From positions 98,371 through 162,370 of the forward strand of contig CANIAP010000001.1 in assembly GCA_947465765.1 (NCBI GenBank): a stretch of 64,000 bases of DNA, given 5' to 3'. The notes beneath the pieces are model-generated. The model made no database searches. It was not told where the DNA came from and saw only the letters and a program-made list of their open reading frames with translations. Position numbers and translations under genes: made by a program. Positions 38,046-48,118 of the stretch are shown one piece after another. Position 1 is the stretch's first letter, and every line of letters begins with the position of its first letter. This stretch comes from a bacterium. GTDB taxonomy: Bacteria; Margulisbacteria; Marinamargulisbacteria; SXXA01.

Positions 38046-41000
38046 CTAAAACAGGGTCGGGTGATCTCTTTTTAACTTTTCGATTTGGGCACCCGAAATT
38101 TGTGTTTCTTCTATATCAGAGAGCATTCTCGCGGACGTCTCTTTCCATCGGGTCAATGCAGCGGTTATATTACGCCGGTCATGATCGGGGATATTTGCTT
38201 TTTCTCCAACGGCTAACATCACCTCCAGAGAGTGGCCCAGCTTGAGCCATTCAAGGCTGGATAGGTCCTTCATGCTCGTTCGCGTTTCCATCAACCTCAT
38301 CTGTCCGTTTGCTTCGTTTACCCTTTTTCGGACTATTTGAGTAATTTTATCCTGAAATATTGGAATAGTGATGCCACCCAGCAATAAGTTGAGATCATGT
38401 AGGTCTCTGAGCTGGGGTTTGACGGATTTAAACCGACTAAGCATGCCAGTGATAGTCTCAGTGTTGAGAGTGTGCGCGCCATCGGTGATGAACGAGCCGC
38501 CAGCGGTTAGCAATGGGGCCAGCCACTCAAGCCCGATCGTCGCTGTCACAATGGTTTTAATTGTATTTTCTTCCTTTAAATGGTCTCGAAAGCGCAATAC
38601 AAGGTTGGTCAGTTTTGGACTGTTAGGTACGGCCAGTCTGCGAAGATTTAGCAGGTGGATGGATAGTGCTTTGATTTCACGAGTTGGGTTTGCGGTTTCT
38701 GCGCCCAGGGAAGTAGCGGAGGCTGGATATTCGGCCTGAAGGGTTTCCAGAGAAATAAGGCAGTTATCAATTGCGGTGATGACTTCTGTTGTTATTTGTA
38801 CGCGATGGGATCGGCGAACGGCAGAGGTCAGTTCTGGGCCTAGAGTTCCTGCTAAGTCTGACGTGATCGACGCGAGCTGACTTCGTGAAAACGCTTCTTT
38901 ATCGTGGTGTTGCACCAGGGTTTTTAAATCGAGTTCCAATGTTTGCATCGCCAGCCGTGGCGGGATTCCGTCATTTTCCTCTTTGCTACCTGTTGCTCTG
39001 AGTGCGGCAACGATTTTGTCGGTAATTGCCTCCGGCACTCCTTCAATTTGGCGTAGCGCCGGTCTGGCTGAAAGTAACCGGCTGATCGCAGGGGTCGCGG
39101 GAAAATCCTTGGTCATGGGCGCTAATGTCGTCGTTGGGGTTCCAAAAATAAGTTGGACAGCGGCGGTTGCGTCACGGTCATATCTCAATCCGAATTGTGC
39201 CGATTGCACGGCGTAAATTAGGGTTTTTTTGAGGGTTTGTAGTGGCAAAAAGGTGGAACTTCGGTCGGGGTTTTCTGTTGGTATACCAAGGACGCGGAGT
39301 AACCTGGTTGCTGGGTCGGTGAATTTATCTGGATCGATCCTTTGCAATGAATACCCAGGATTGAACTCCCAATGCCGCCCTTTGGTCATATTCATATTAA
39401 GAATGCCCATTTCTCGAAGGGCCAGGCCGACGACAAGGGTCGCGGGAACCAGTGTTTGGCTGATGATTCCACGTTCTAATAGGATAGGTATTTCCTCGGG
39501 GGTGAGACTTTGATCTTTGATTTTTTGTCTCAATGCCGGGATTCCGTCAATGGATGTTTTGTCCCAATTCACTTCGCTATCAATCCCTAATCCGCTGGCT
39601 ATTGAATAGTCGTACCGTACTTTTCTTTCATTACGTAATATCGGAATTATGGCATCAAGACTGCTCCCGGTAGCAGATATGAAGGTCTTTATTTTATCTA
39701 TTTCTGCTTTAACTTCTGATTGAATTTTTGGAGATATATGGTGGGCCTTTTGAGCGGTTACCCCCGTCAGCGACAGTAACGTAGTCGACAATTCGTCGAA
39801 TGAGGTATCTAAATTGGTAAGTACGTGGCTAATTGTTGCGGCTTGATCTGGGAGTGGAACGGTTTTTTTAATAATAGTTCGAAGCGTATTTTCCACTTCT
39901 TCCCGTAGTTGGCGATGGAACGACGATTGCGTCACCGCGAGGTCTTGACGGTGTTCAAGTGTGCGCTGAATCAAGGTCGAATCGGTGTCCGGTGGCGATA
40001 TGTTTAAGAAAAATCCCATTGTTCGTTGGGTAATGGCCGATGTTGCCGCCTGAATGTCGAAACGGTCTACTGCGGTAGGCTGATCACTAGCAACTCTTGA
40101 AGGATCCCGGCTTAGTTCACCTCCCACTGCGGCGGTTACACGGGATCTGTTTAGTGGCGCCCTGTCGAGGGATGCTTGTCTTAGGATGGGGGTCCTCGTT
40201 GAGCTAACTGGCAGCAAACGTTGCCGGGGGTCATCATCGGGTTCGTCGGAGTTTTCCTCATCAGAAACAGAGGCTCTCCCGTTTGCGCTGCTTAGCGATC
40301 TAAGAGGGTTTAAGCGTGGATCGGGTTGGTGGGACTCTTCAGATGAAACTGATACCTGTTCTAGATGTATCTCAATATCATCATCAACACTAGCCGTTAA
40401 CTCACGCTCGTGGGACGTGGTCGATTGTACGGCGCTGCGTGGTACGCGATTTGGCAAGGACCCGTCAGAAACGGATACGTGATCTGCCGCCATGTTAATG
40501 TGCTCTTCGGGTTTAAACTCCCGTACCTGACGGGCGTAATAAACTGCTTCGATTGCGTCGAGACGACTGACGGTGCTGTCTTTAATATCGTCTAAAGAGA
40601 TACTAAACGGAGTATCGCGGGTGGCTTCGATCTGTAATCTTGCACCTTTCAAAATAACTTTGACGTGGTCAGGTGTGAGAGAGGATTGTTCTATCAATTT
40701 AAATTTATCAATGTAGGCTTGGTGTCCCGTTAATGGGGTATACCCAAGTCGTTTAAACGCATCGCGCTGTAGGGTTTTTCTGATCTGGTCGACCCCAAGC
40801 ATTACCCAATCAACGTGTCGTTTGTATTGGTTGACTTTTGCCTGTTCTGCTTTATCTTCAACGGTTCTGAAGCTTTTCTTTTCCCTACCCAGGGACGTGT
40901 ATAAATCGTCGAGTGCCTTAATCGGCTCTGATTTACCTGAGAGGATACCGTCGAGGGCTTCTAATAGAGTGTTTTCAGAACGTGTAACCCAGGTAGGTGC

Positions 41001-43019
41001 GCCTATCTGAGCCGTTCGGTTTTGGAAGTACAAGGTGGCCAGGACCAGTCGCCGCAACTCATTTCGAATGGTGGATTTGTGCGTTTGCCAAAATCTTGGG
41101 CCTTCGGGAGTAATGGGATCAAATTTATCTGGGATGGTGAGTGATTTCCCGTTTGTTTCCGGTTGCTTAAAACCATCCCGAAGTCCTTGGATATACTTAT
41201 TGGTTTCGCTGGCTTTAAATGGAGGATTGGATAGCGGTGCGATTGGCTTAGCCAAGTATCCTCGGCTCAGTGCCTGGCTGCGTCCGATAATGGGTTCCGC
41301 CATATAGACGACTCCCAGTATAAACCCGATTTCATCGGCGAACTCTTTTGAAAATTTTCTAGGCGTAAACGCCCGGTCGTTGACTATGTTGGTGACCGCG
41401 GATTTTAGAATCGCAGCCGCCTCGGTTCGTGTTGTAAATTCGGAGAGCTGAGCCTCTAATGGGACTGTCGCACCCGGTATAATCGTCAGATCTCTGGCGA
41501 GTTTGGTTATTGGTTTGTATTTTGTTTCGATTTCTGGGCTGAGCCGCGTGAGTTTCGAAAAATCCGTTCGGCTTCCGATCAAAGATAATGTCTCACAGAC
41601 GGTATCACAGGGCATTGTGCTGAGCCATGGGGCTGAGTCTCTGGTCAGGCCTAAGGCAGTTTGTCGTTCGGCAGTCGCGAGCCCCATGACGATGTGCGGT
41701 GCTTTATCTAAGAGTGCGTCACGCATTCTTAGTGTGGTTTCAGTGAGTTTTGAGCCTATTAAATTCACAAAGTGGGCGAGGACGGTCCTGAAATTGGCGG
41801 GTTCTATTTTGGCGATGAACTGGGCGATACGTTGTTTTTTCTCACTTCGGTCCGCCTGTCCGATTTGGGCGATGTTTAGCGTAATCCAGTCGGTGAGGAG
41901 AAGGGTGGCATAGGGGGACTCTGCTGCAAATTGAGTTCGATCCATAGTGGCGTCGATGCGTTTTGCGCCTAATTCTAAGCACGCCATTACGATCGTAGGT
42001 AATGTCGACCGTAATGGGCTGGTTGGGCATGCGTGAGTAATATGGTCTTTAAAGAACTGGAGTCGGGCACATGTTTGATAGATCTCAACTTCGGATTGTG
42101 CGGTGATGGCAGTTTCGAACGCGGACTTGATTCCCTCTCCGAATTTGGTGAAAAAATGGGGGTAGGCTACCCTGGAGCGCGTCAGCGCTGTCGTGATGGT
42201 TTCTATTGCTGTAACTTCAGCGGATGGCTCCCGGAGGAGGGTAAATCCATTGCCAAATGCACCGTCCCCATTATCCGCGAGGTGGGAGCCGATTGTTTCC
42301 CCGAGTTTTGTGGCGATAACGTCTTGGCCGGATTTGCCGAATAATGTCATCGCAATCGGGGTAATGTCGTCCGTGAGGGAATCTGCAATAAATGTCATCA
42401 ATAAGGTGTCGTCCCCGTCCCTAAGTTTGAATGGTTGGGAGTTAAGGATGTTATAGAGATAGGGGATTCCCTTGACGTAGTACTGTGAAAGGCTGACCAA
42501 TTTGGGCTTATCGCGACTGTATAAAATCTCGACCGCATAGTCAGCCGCCGCTCGGGACAACGTGGGATTGTAATCCGACTCATCGGTTCCAATTAAGTGG
42601 AGTCGACTCCACGAGTTGGTGCTTTTCATCACCGTCGAAATTATCGCTCTGAGTTCGGAACCCTTAGAAATAAGGCCTGCTTTGACCTCACCGGATGTTT
42701 CTTTAACCTGCTTTTCAATTTGAAAAAAAAGTGGACTGAGGGCATTGAGGAGCTCTCTCGTTTTTACCATACGACTATGATCAGAATCAGATGCCGGAAA
42801 CTGACTTAACGCAACTTCAAGTGGGGTTTTACTTTTATTCGATTCGTCTTTTTGCAGGGCCCATGCAAGCGCCGTTTCAACGACCAAGAGGTTTTTATCG
42901 ACGACGAAGGATTTCGCGGTGTTAACGAATTCCCATTGCGCTCCCGTTAATCCGGGAGCAGATTTTTGTGGCTGGGCAATCCGACGTCGAAAGAGTTGAA
43001 GAGAGAATGGTTTAAGCAT
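38046..43019 (-). CDS. Very large orphan protein (1657 aa), helical, no signal peptide, central acidic/Ser-rich linker
   Basis: Single uninterrupted ORF 76 nt downstream of clpA on the same strand. I recognise no enzymatic or repeat motif. A disordered segment (SVSDEENSDEPDDDPRQ etc.) is encoded at about 40055-40485. Confidence 0.8.
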   Translation of the reverse strand: MLKPFSLQLFRRRIAQPQKSAPGLTGAQWEFVNTAKSFVVDKNLLVVETALAWALQKDESNKSKTPLEVALSQFPASDSDHSRMVKTRELLNALSPLFFQIEKQVKETSGEVKAGLISKGSELRAIISTVMKSTNSWSRLHLIGTDESDYNPTLSRAAADYAVEILYSRDKPKLVSLSQYYVKGIPYLYNILNSQPFKLRDGDDTLLMTFIADSLTDDITPIAMTLFGKSGQDVIATKLGETIGSHLADNGDGAFGNGFTLLREPSAEVTAIETITTALTRSRVAYPHFFTKFGEGIKSAFETAITAQSEVEIYQTCARLQFFKDHITHACPTSPLRSTLPTIVMACLELGAKRIDATMDRTQFAAESPYATLLLTDWITLNIAQIGQADRSEKKQRIAQFIAKIEPANFRTVLAHFVNLIGSKLTETTLRMRDALLDKAPHIVMGLATAERQTALGLTRDSAPWLSTMPCDTVCETLSLIGSRTDFSKLTRLSPEIETKYKPITKLARDLTIIPGATVPLEAQLSEFTTRTEAAAILKSAVTNIVNDRAFTPRKFSKEFADEIGFILGVVYMAEPIIGRSQALSRGYLAKPIAPLSNPPFKASETNKYIQGLRDGFKQPETNGKSLTIPDKFDPITPEGPRFWQTHKSTIRNELRRLVLATLYFQNRTAQIGAPTWVTRSENTLLEALDGILSGKSEPIKALDDLYTSLGREKKSFRTVEDKAEQAKVNQYKRHVDWVMLGVDQIRKTLQRDAFKRLGYTPLTGHQAYIDKFKLIEQSSLTPDHVKVILKGARLQIEATRDTPFSISLDDIKDSTVSRLDAIEAVYYARQVREFKPEEHINMAADHVSVSDGSLPNRVPRSAVQSTTSHERELTASVDDDIEIHLEQVSVSSEESHQPDPRLNPLRSLSSANGRASVSDEENSDEPDDDPRQRLLPVSSTRTPILRQASLDRAPLNRSRVTAAVGGELSRDPSRVASDQPTAVDRFDIQAATSAITQRTMGFFLNISPPDTDSTLIQRTLEHRQDLAVTQSSFHRQLREEVENTLRTIIKKTVPLPDQAATISHVLTNLDTSFDELSTTLLSLTGVTAQKAHHISPKIQSEVKAEIDKIKTFISATGSSLDAIIPILRNERKVRYDYSIASGLGIDSEVNWDKTSIDGIPALRQKIKDQSLTPEEIPILLERGIISQTLVPATLVVGLALREMGILNMNMTKGRHWEFNPGYSLQRIDPDKFTDPATRLLRVLGIPTENPDRSSTFLPLQTLKKTLIYAVQSAQFGLRYDRDATAAVQLIFGTPTTTLAPMTKDFPATPAISRLLSARPALRQIEGVPEAITDKIVAALRATGSKEENDGIPPRLAMQTLELDLKTLVQHHDKEAFSRSQLASITSDLAGTLGPELTSAVRRSHRVQITTEVITAIDNCLISLETLQAEYPASATSLGAETANPTREIKALSIHLLNLRRLAVPNSPKLTNLVLRFRDHLKEENTIKTIVTATIGLEWLAPLLTAGGSFITDGAHTLNTETITGMLSRFKSVKPQLRDLHDLNLLLGGITIPIFQDKITQIVRKRVNEANGQMRLMETRTSMKDLSSLEWLKLGHSLEVMLAVGEKANIPDHDRRNITAALTRWKETSARMLSDIEETQISGAQIEKLKRDHPTLF

Positions 43020-43095
43020 CGTTAATGGGGCTCCTTGGTTTAATCACCCGGTCATACGGGGTGTTAACAGACATCACTGTGGGGAATTATCGGAT

Positions 43096-45291
43096 TTATG
43101 AGAATAAAAATTTCAATTTATTTTTTTGGTACCCGACATCTACCGTGCTGTCCGCTGAAATTTTGGATTCGATAATGGCTCGAGAAATCGGTTGAACGAT
43201 GATGGTTTCGATATGCCTGGCAATCGGACGGGCACCTTGAACGGGGTCAAATCCGGTTTCAGACAAATATTTGACCACGGCGGCAGACCACTTTAGGGTT
43301 ATTTTTTGCGCGAATAATCGGTCTTTAACTTCGATCAATTGACGCTCCGTGATCAAGTCGATGGTCGCGGGTGACAACGGATTAAATTCAAGTATCGCCG
43401 TTAACCGATTACGGAATTCGGGTGAAAAGTCTTTTTCAATAGCCGCCTTACTCGTCGCGTGGGGGCTTTGTTCAAACCCAATGGGCGTTCGATTTCGGTC
43501 CCATGCTCCCGTGTTGCTGGTCATCAAAATAATCGTTTGCCGAAAATTTACTTTTCGTCCCAGACTGTCAGTCAACGCGCCGTAATCCATGACCTGCAGT
43601 AAAATATTCATGATATCGGGGTGGGCTTTTTCGATTTCATCCAAGAGGACGACGGCATTGGGTGTCTGGCGAATGGCTTCGGTGAGCTGGCCGCCTTCTT
43701 CGTGGCCCACATACCCTGGTGGGGAGCCGATGAGCCGGGCAACCGTATGTTTTTCCATATATTCGCTCATGTCGAACCGACACAACGTGATGCCGAGATG
43801 ATGGGCGATTTGTTTGGCCAATTCGGTTTTTCCGACTCCGGTAGGCCCCACCATCAGAAATGCGCCGATGGGACGCTCTGGATTCCCGAGTCCGGCTTTT
43901 GCAATTAAGATGGCCGTACAACATTGAGCGATTGCCGCATCTTGGCCAATGATGGCCGATTTGAGTTCTGTTTCCAGTTGTGAAATTTTTTCTTTTTGGT
44001 CACCTTGCAATGTTTTGGCGGGAATTTTTGCCATTTTGGAGACGACATTTTCGACGTCGGCCAACGTGACCAACGGACGATTGGCCAGTTTTGCCACCGC
44101 GCCGGCTTGATCCAATGCGTCGACGGCCTTGTCCGGCAATGCGCGGTCGTCGATAAACTGATGGGTGAGGGTGACGCAGGCGTGAACGGCGTCTGGGTCA
44201 TAGGTGACCCCATGAAACGTCGCGAATTTGGACTGAAGACCGTCTAAAATTGCGATGGCATCTTCGACGGACGGGGCGGCGACGTCAATTTTTTGGAATC
44301 GTCGGGCGAGGGCCCCGTCTTTTTCAAAAATTTGCCGATATTCCTTGGTGGTCGTGGCCCCGATACATCGTAATTCCCCGGTTGATAATATGGGTTTGAG
44401 AAGATTGGCGGCGTCGACGCCACCGCCCGATACCGCACCAGCGCCGACCAATAGGTGGATTTCATCAATAAATAAGGCGGAATTGGGGTGGGACTTGAGT
44501 TCGGTTAGAATTTTTTTGATTCGTTCCTCAAAGTCCCCTCGATAGCGGGTTCCTGCCAACATGCTGCCCATATCTAACGAAAAAATCTCGAGGGTTTTGA
44601 GCGATTCGGGAACGGTTCCATTGACCACTGCGGAGGCCAGTCCTTCGACAATGGCGGTTTTTCCGACGCCGGGTTCCCCGACAAAAATGGGATTGTTTTT
44701 ACGCCGACGTGCCAAGACTTGGATGAGTTGTTCGAGTTCGTCCGTCCGTCCAATCAGGGGATCAATTAGGCCGTTTTTTGCCTTGATACAAAGGTTCTCA
44801 AGGTGAGTGTTGGGGGAGTCAGCGGCCCCTGACGAGGGCGCTGTATCCATAAGCGGGGACTCCTCATCGGATGATCCGTGGGAGATTATTCGAATGACAT
44901 CTAGCCGGGTGATACCGTGCTCATTAAGAATATAGACCGCATCCGAATCCTTGAGACGAAATAATGCGGCAAATACAGCACTCACGTTTAACTCCGATTT
45001 CTCAGATGAAATCGTGTGGTTGGCGCTCACTGCAATGATTTCCTGGAGGCCCAAACTGTATTGGGGTGAGGCCCCTCCTTCGGCAATGGGACAGTCCGTT
45101 GAAAGATAGTCGTCGAGTTCGTCCAATAATATCTGAGGGACGACCCCGCATTTGGAAATGATGGCATTTCCGTCTTCAGATTCGGCAATCGCAAACAGGA
45201 GATGTTCGGGAGTTACATATTGGTTGCGATAGCGGACGGCCAATAGACCGGCCCGGGTCAACACTTGTTGGAGTTGTTCACTGATTTTCAT
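43096..45291 (-). CDS. clpA: ATP-dependent Clp protease ATP-binding subunit ClpA
   Basis: N-domain repeats and two AAA modules (GEPGVGKT and GPTGVGKT). No ClpB-like middle coiled coil. 731 aa, immediately after clpS. Confidence 0.93.
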   Translation of the reverse strand: MKISEQLQQVLTRAGLLAVRYRNQYVTPEHLLFAIAESEDGNAIISKCGVVPQILLDELDDYLSTDCPIAEGGASPQYSLGLQEIIAVSANHTISSEKSELNVSAVFAALFRLKDSDAVYILNEHGITRLDVIRIISHGSSDEESPLMDTAPSSGAADSPNTHLENLCIKAKNGLIDPLIGRTDELEQLIQVLARRRKNNPIFVGEPGVGKTAIVEGLASAVVNGTVPESLKTLEIFSLDMGSMLAGTRYRGDFEERIKKILTELKSHPNSALFIDEIHLLVGAGAVSGGGVDAANLLKPILSTGELRCIGATTTKEYRQIFEKDGALARRFQKIDVAAPSVEDAIAILDGLQSKFATFHGVTYDPDAVHACVTLTHQFIDDRALPDKAVDALDQAGAVAKLANRPLVTLADVENVVSKMAKIPAKTLQGDQKEKISQLETELKSAIIGQDAAIAQCCTAILIAKAGLGNPERPIGAFLMVGPTGVGKTELAKQIAHHLGITLCRFDMSEYMEKHTVARLIGSPPGYVGHEEGGQLTEAIRQTPNAVVLLDEIEKAHPDIMNILLQVMDYGALTDSLGRKVNFRQTIILMTSNTGAWDRNRTPIGFEQSPHATSKAAIEKDFSPEFRNRLTAILEFNPLSPATIDLITERQLIEVKDRLFAQKITLKWSAAVVKYLSETGFDPVQGARPIARHIETIIVQPISRAIIESKISADSTVDVGYQKNKLKFLFS

Positions 45292-45292
45292 T

Positions 45293-45628
45293 TTAGGGTT
45301 CTCGATTCTCTTTTTCGACGATGCAACGTAACGGATGCCCGGATTCGGTGGCCAATTCCATGGCTTTTTTGGCTTTTGTAGTGGCGATATCGTAAGAATA
45401 AACGCCGCATCGGGACTTGCCCTTGGTGTGAATTTCCCACATCAGACGTTGGCTCACTGCCGGGGCAAGATGAAATACAGCCTGTAGAACCTCAACGACA
45501 AATTCCATGGGAGTAAAATCGTCGTTCAACATCCAGACCGAATATCGGGGGGGGCGGGTCACTTTGACTTTTTCGAGGACCGCGCTGTCAGATTGAACAT
45601 GATGAGAGGGGCGCGTTGTGCCTGTCAT
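45293..45628 (-). CDS. clpS: Clp protease adaptor ClpS
   Basis: RPPRYSVWMLNDDFTPMEFVVEVLQAVF core motif. 111 aa. Confidence 0.92.
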   Translation of the reverse strand: MTGTTRPSHHVQSDSAVLEKVKVTRPPRYSVWMLNDDFTPMEFVVEVLQAVFHLAPAVSQRLMWEIHTKGKSRCGVYSYDIATTKAKKAMELATESGHPLRCIVEKENREP

Positions 45629-46624
45629 TTATGTAGAATTTCCAACTGAATCCAATGCAAGGATTAAACTCCCGGCGGCACCCCGAATTAAGTTGTTGAC
45701 GACAACGGTGAATCGAATGATGCCCGCGTCTTGATGATCCGCGATGTTGCCGATGACCACGGTCATTCCCTGATCGATCGAAGAGTCGGGTAATGATTGC
45801 GGGTGTTGATCGGCATGGGTGAGATAAATGCCACACGAATTGCCTTGAGCGATGTGCGTCATCCATTGAGTAATCACTGTGTCTATTGAAAGGCGACCTT
45901 GATGAAATAATGAAACATCAATGAGATGTCCGACCGGAGTAGGGGTTCGATAACAACTTACCGAAACGGTGAGATCGGGCAAAATTCGTCGTAACTCACC
46001 CTGAATTCGAGCCTCGGTATCTTCTGAGCTGTGGCGTAAGGGAAATACATTGCCAATAGCCAAGTCTTTCGGATATCGGGCGTCCCCCCGTCCCGATAAC
46101 GACTGGTAGGTCGAAACGGATAGTGGAAGGGTCTTCAGTAAATGGGAAATGGGGTACAGCGCCAACGCGATCCCGATGGTAGCGCAGTTGGGAATCTTGA
46201 CATAGTTCCCGACGAGCGTTGAGGGAATCCCTGGAATTGTCAGAGTCAAAGCGGGATCCATTCGCCGATAGGGGCTATTTGAGATGATCGTGCATTTTTG
46301 GGCTGCCAGCCGATCTTCATCGGGCCCGGCACGTTCTGGGACGGAGGACACCACCAGCGCGCCATCAGGGATGTCGGATAGGCCGACCACGACTTGAGAG
46401 GGGATTGATTCTGGATAGGGTAACGCGGGATACCATTCCCCATAGTGAGTGGTTAACGTGGTTTCTTTTTCGCCCCACACCGCGGGGTAATCCCGTCCGA
46501 CGGAGCTGGGGCTTCCGACCAGTTGGCCAATTGAAAAACGGGGATGCGTCGAAAGCATCGCGGCAAGGTGTCGCCCGACTTGTCCAGTGGCCCCAAAAAT
46601 AGAAACAGGTCGACGTTGATTCAT
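45629..46624 (-). CDS. asd: Aspartate-semialdehyde dehydrogenase family protein (archaeal-like short type)
   Basis: FGATGQVGRHL (NAD(P) loop), active-site context IPNCATIG, QSLSGRG, VGH, and the C-terminal NNLIRGAAGS. Confidence 0.75.
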   Translation of the reverse strand: MNQRRPVSIFGATGQVGRHLAAMLSTHPRFSIGQLVGSPSSVGRDYPAVWGEKETTLTTHYGEWYPALPYPESIPSQVVVGLSDIPDGALVVSSVPERAGPDEDRLAAQKCTIISNSPYRRMDPALTLTIPGIPSTLVGNYVKIPNCATIGIALALYPISHLLKTLPLSVSTYQSLSGRGDARYPKDLAIGNVFPLRHSSEDTEARIQGELRRILPDLTVSVSCYRTPTPVGHLIDVSLFHQGRLSIDTVITQWMTHIAQGNSCGIYLTHADQHPQSLPDSSIDQGMTVVIGNIADHQDAGIIRFTVVVNNLIRGAAGSLILALDSVGNST

Positions 46625-46722
46625 TGATTTACAGGCACCGACGTCAAATTATCATGAACTCCTACGTTTAAAAAATCAAAAAAAAGGAATATAGTAAGTA
46701 CTTTGATTATTGAGGTGTAGAG

Positions 46723-46860
46723 ATGCCATTTAGATATCATCCGCATGGACAACGGGCATGGTCAAGGGGTCGACGATGGTGGCGGATCGTGATGTCCGTG
46801 ATCGTGGCCCTAGGATTTGTTGCCGGACTTGGTTATTGGATAAAAAAACGGCCAAGGTAG
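46723..46860 (+). CDS. Possible 45-aa Arg/Trp-rich single-pass membrane peptide upstream of ispG
   Basis: Not in the ORF track because it is under 60 aa. GAGGTG lies 6 nt upstream of the ATG. Translation: MPFRYHPHGQRAWSRGRRWWRIVMSVIVALGFVAGLGYWIKKRPR. The 3' end runs into the hairpin below. Confidence 0.35.
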   Translation: MPFRYHPHGQRAWSRGRRWWRIVMSVIVALGFVAGLGYWIKKRPR

Positions 46861-46880
46861 TATTGCCTCTGGCCGTTTTT
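46844..46880 (+). terminator. Terminator-like hairpin (possible attenuator) 14 nt upstream of the ispG start
   Basis: AAAAACGGCCA (46844-46854) pairs with TGGCCGTTTTT (46870-46880), with a 15-nt loop that has inner AGG/CCT pairing. The 3' arm ends in T5. Confidence 0.45.
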
Positions 46881-46894
46881 GATTTAAGGAAATT

Positions 46895-48118
46895 ATGCTA
46901 AAAATTCAGCGGCGCGTGACGCCCAGTGTTCAGATTGGATCGGTATTGATGGGTGCGGCGCATCCGATTGTTATTCAGTCGATGACCAACACTCCAACGG
47001 CGGATGTTTCCGCAACGGTGGCCCAGATTCTCGAGCTGGCAGCGGCCGGGTCCGAATTGGTTCGTATTACGGTGAATGACTTTGACGCGATGGCGGCGGT
47101 TCCCGAAATTGTGGAACGGTTGGCCGATTCTGGATGTTCGATCCCCTTAGTCGGGGATTTCCATTTTAATGGTCATATTTTGTTAACGAGGTATCCCAAA
47201 GCGGCGGCTGCGCTAGGAAAATATCGGATCAATCCAGGAAACGTGGGCAAAGGATCGGGTCGCGAAGATAATTTCGCTGACATGATCCGGGTAGCGAACG
47301 AATTTGGAAAACCCGTACGTATCGGGGTCAATTGGGGGTCTTTGGATCAAGACTTGTTTACCGACTTGATGGATGCGAATGCACGGCTTTCTGATCCTAA
47401 AAGTTTTAAAGATGTAGTTTATGATGCGATGGTGCTGAGTGCGGTTCGAAACGCTGAATTGGCGCAATCATTGGGCTTAGGTAAGGACCGATTGGTCATG
47501 AGTACCAAGATGTCTGAAGTTCAAGACATGATCCAGGTCTATCAGATGTTGGCGGCGAAAACGGATTGCGTGTTGCATTTAGGATTAACGGAGGCGGGGG
47601 GTGGAATTAAGGGGGTTGCCTCAAGTTCGGCGGCTTTGGCCGTGCTGTTGCAACAGGGGATTGGGGATACGATTCGAATATCATTGACCCCGGAACCGGG
47701 GGTCTCTCGTGATGTGGAGGTCAAAACCTGTCGATCGCTGCTCCAATCAATGGGCTTCCGCTATTTTATGCCGTCGGTGACCAGTTGTCCGGGATGTGGG
47801 CGAACGAATAGCGATAAATTTGTGCATCTTGCCAAAGATGTCACCGAGTATATCGAGAAAAAAATGCCTGAATGGCGTGCTCGGTATGTGGGGGTGGAGA
47901 AGGTAACCGTCGCCGTCATGGGATGTGTGGTCAACGGCCCTGGAGAAAGTAAATATGCGGACATTGGAATTAGTTTGCCTGGAAGTTCAGAGAAGCCGGC
48001 AATTCCGGTATTTCAGGACGGTAAGCTGTTTAAGACGTTGCGTGGTGATGATGTGAAAGATCAGTTTATAACGATGCTTGATCGCTACATCGAAAATCGC
48101 TTTTCAACCCAAATCTAA
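46895..48118 (+). CDS. ispG: 4-hydroxy-3-methylbut-2-en-1-yl diphosphate synthase
   Basis: GAAHPIVIQSMTNT, RITVN, RINPGN, and Fe-S Cys motifs SCPGCGRT and GCVVNGPGE. 407 aa. Confidence 0.95.
   Translation: MLKIQRRVTPSVQIGSVLMGAAHPIVIQSMTNTPTADVSATVAQILELAAAGSELVRITVNDFDAMAAVPEIVERLADSGCSIPLVGDFHFNGHILLTRYPKAAAALGKYRINPGNVGKGSGREDNFADMIRVANEFGKPVRIGVNWGSLDQDLFTDLMDANARLSDPKSFKDVVYDAMVLSAVRNAELAQSLGLGKDRLVMSTKMSEVQDMIQVYQMLAAKTDCVLHLGLTEAGGGIKGVASSSAALAVLLQQGIGDTIRISLTPEPGVSRDVEVKTCRSLLQSMGFRYFMPSVTSCPGCGRTNSDKFVHLAKDVTEYIEKKMPEWRARYVGVEKVTVAVMGCVVNGPGESKYADIGISLPGSSEKPAIPVFQDGKLFKTLRGDDVKDQFITMLDRYIENRFSTQI

Noticed and set aside
38046-43019. Giant ORF as NRPS/PKS, RHS/polymorphic toxin, RTX or adhesin
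   Set aside because: It has no adenylation, KS or ACP motifs, no YD or RHS repeats, no GGxGxD nonapeptides, no Ig-like tandem repeats, no signal peptide and no C-terminal toxin/immunity pair.
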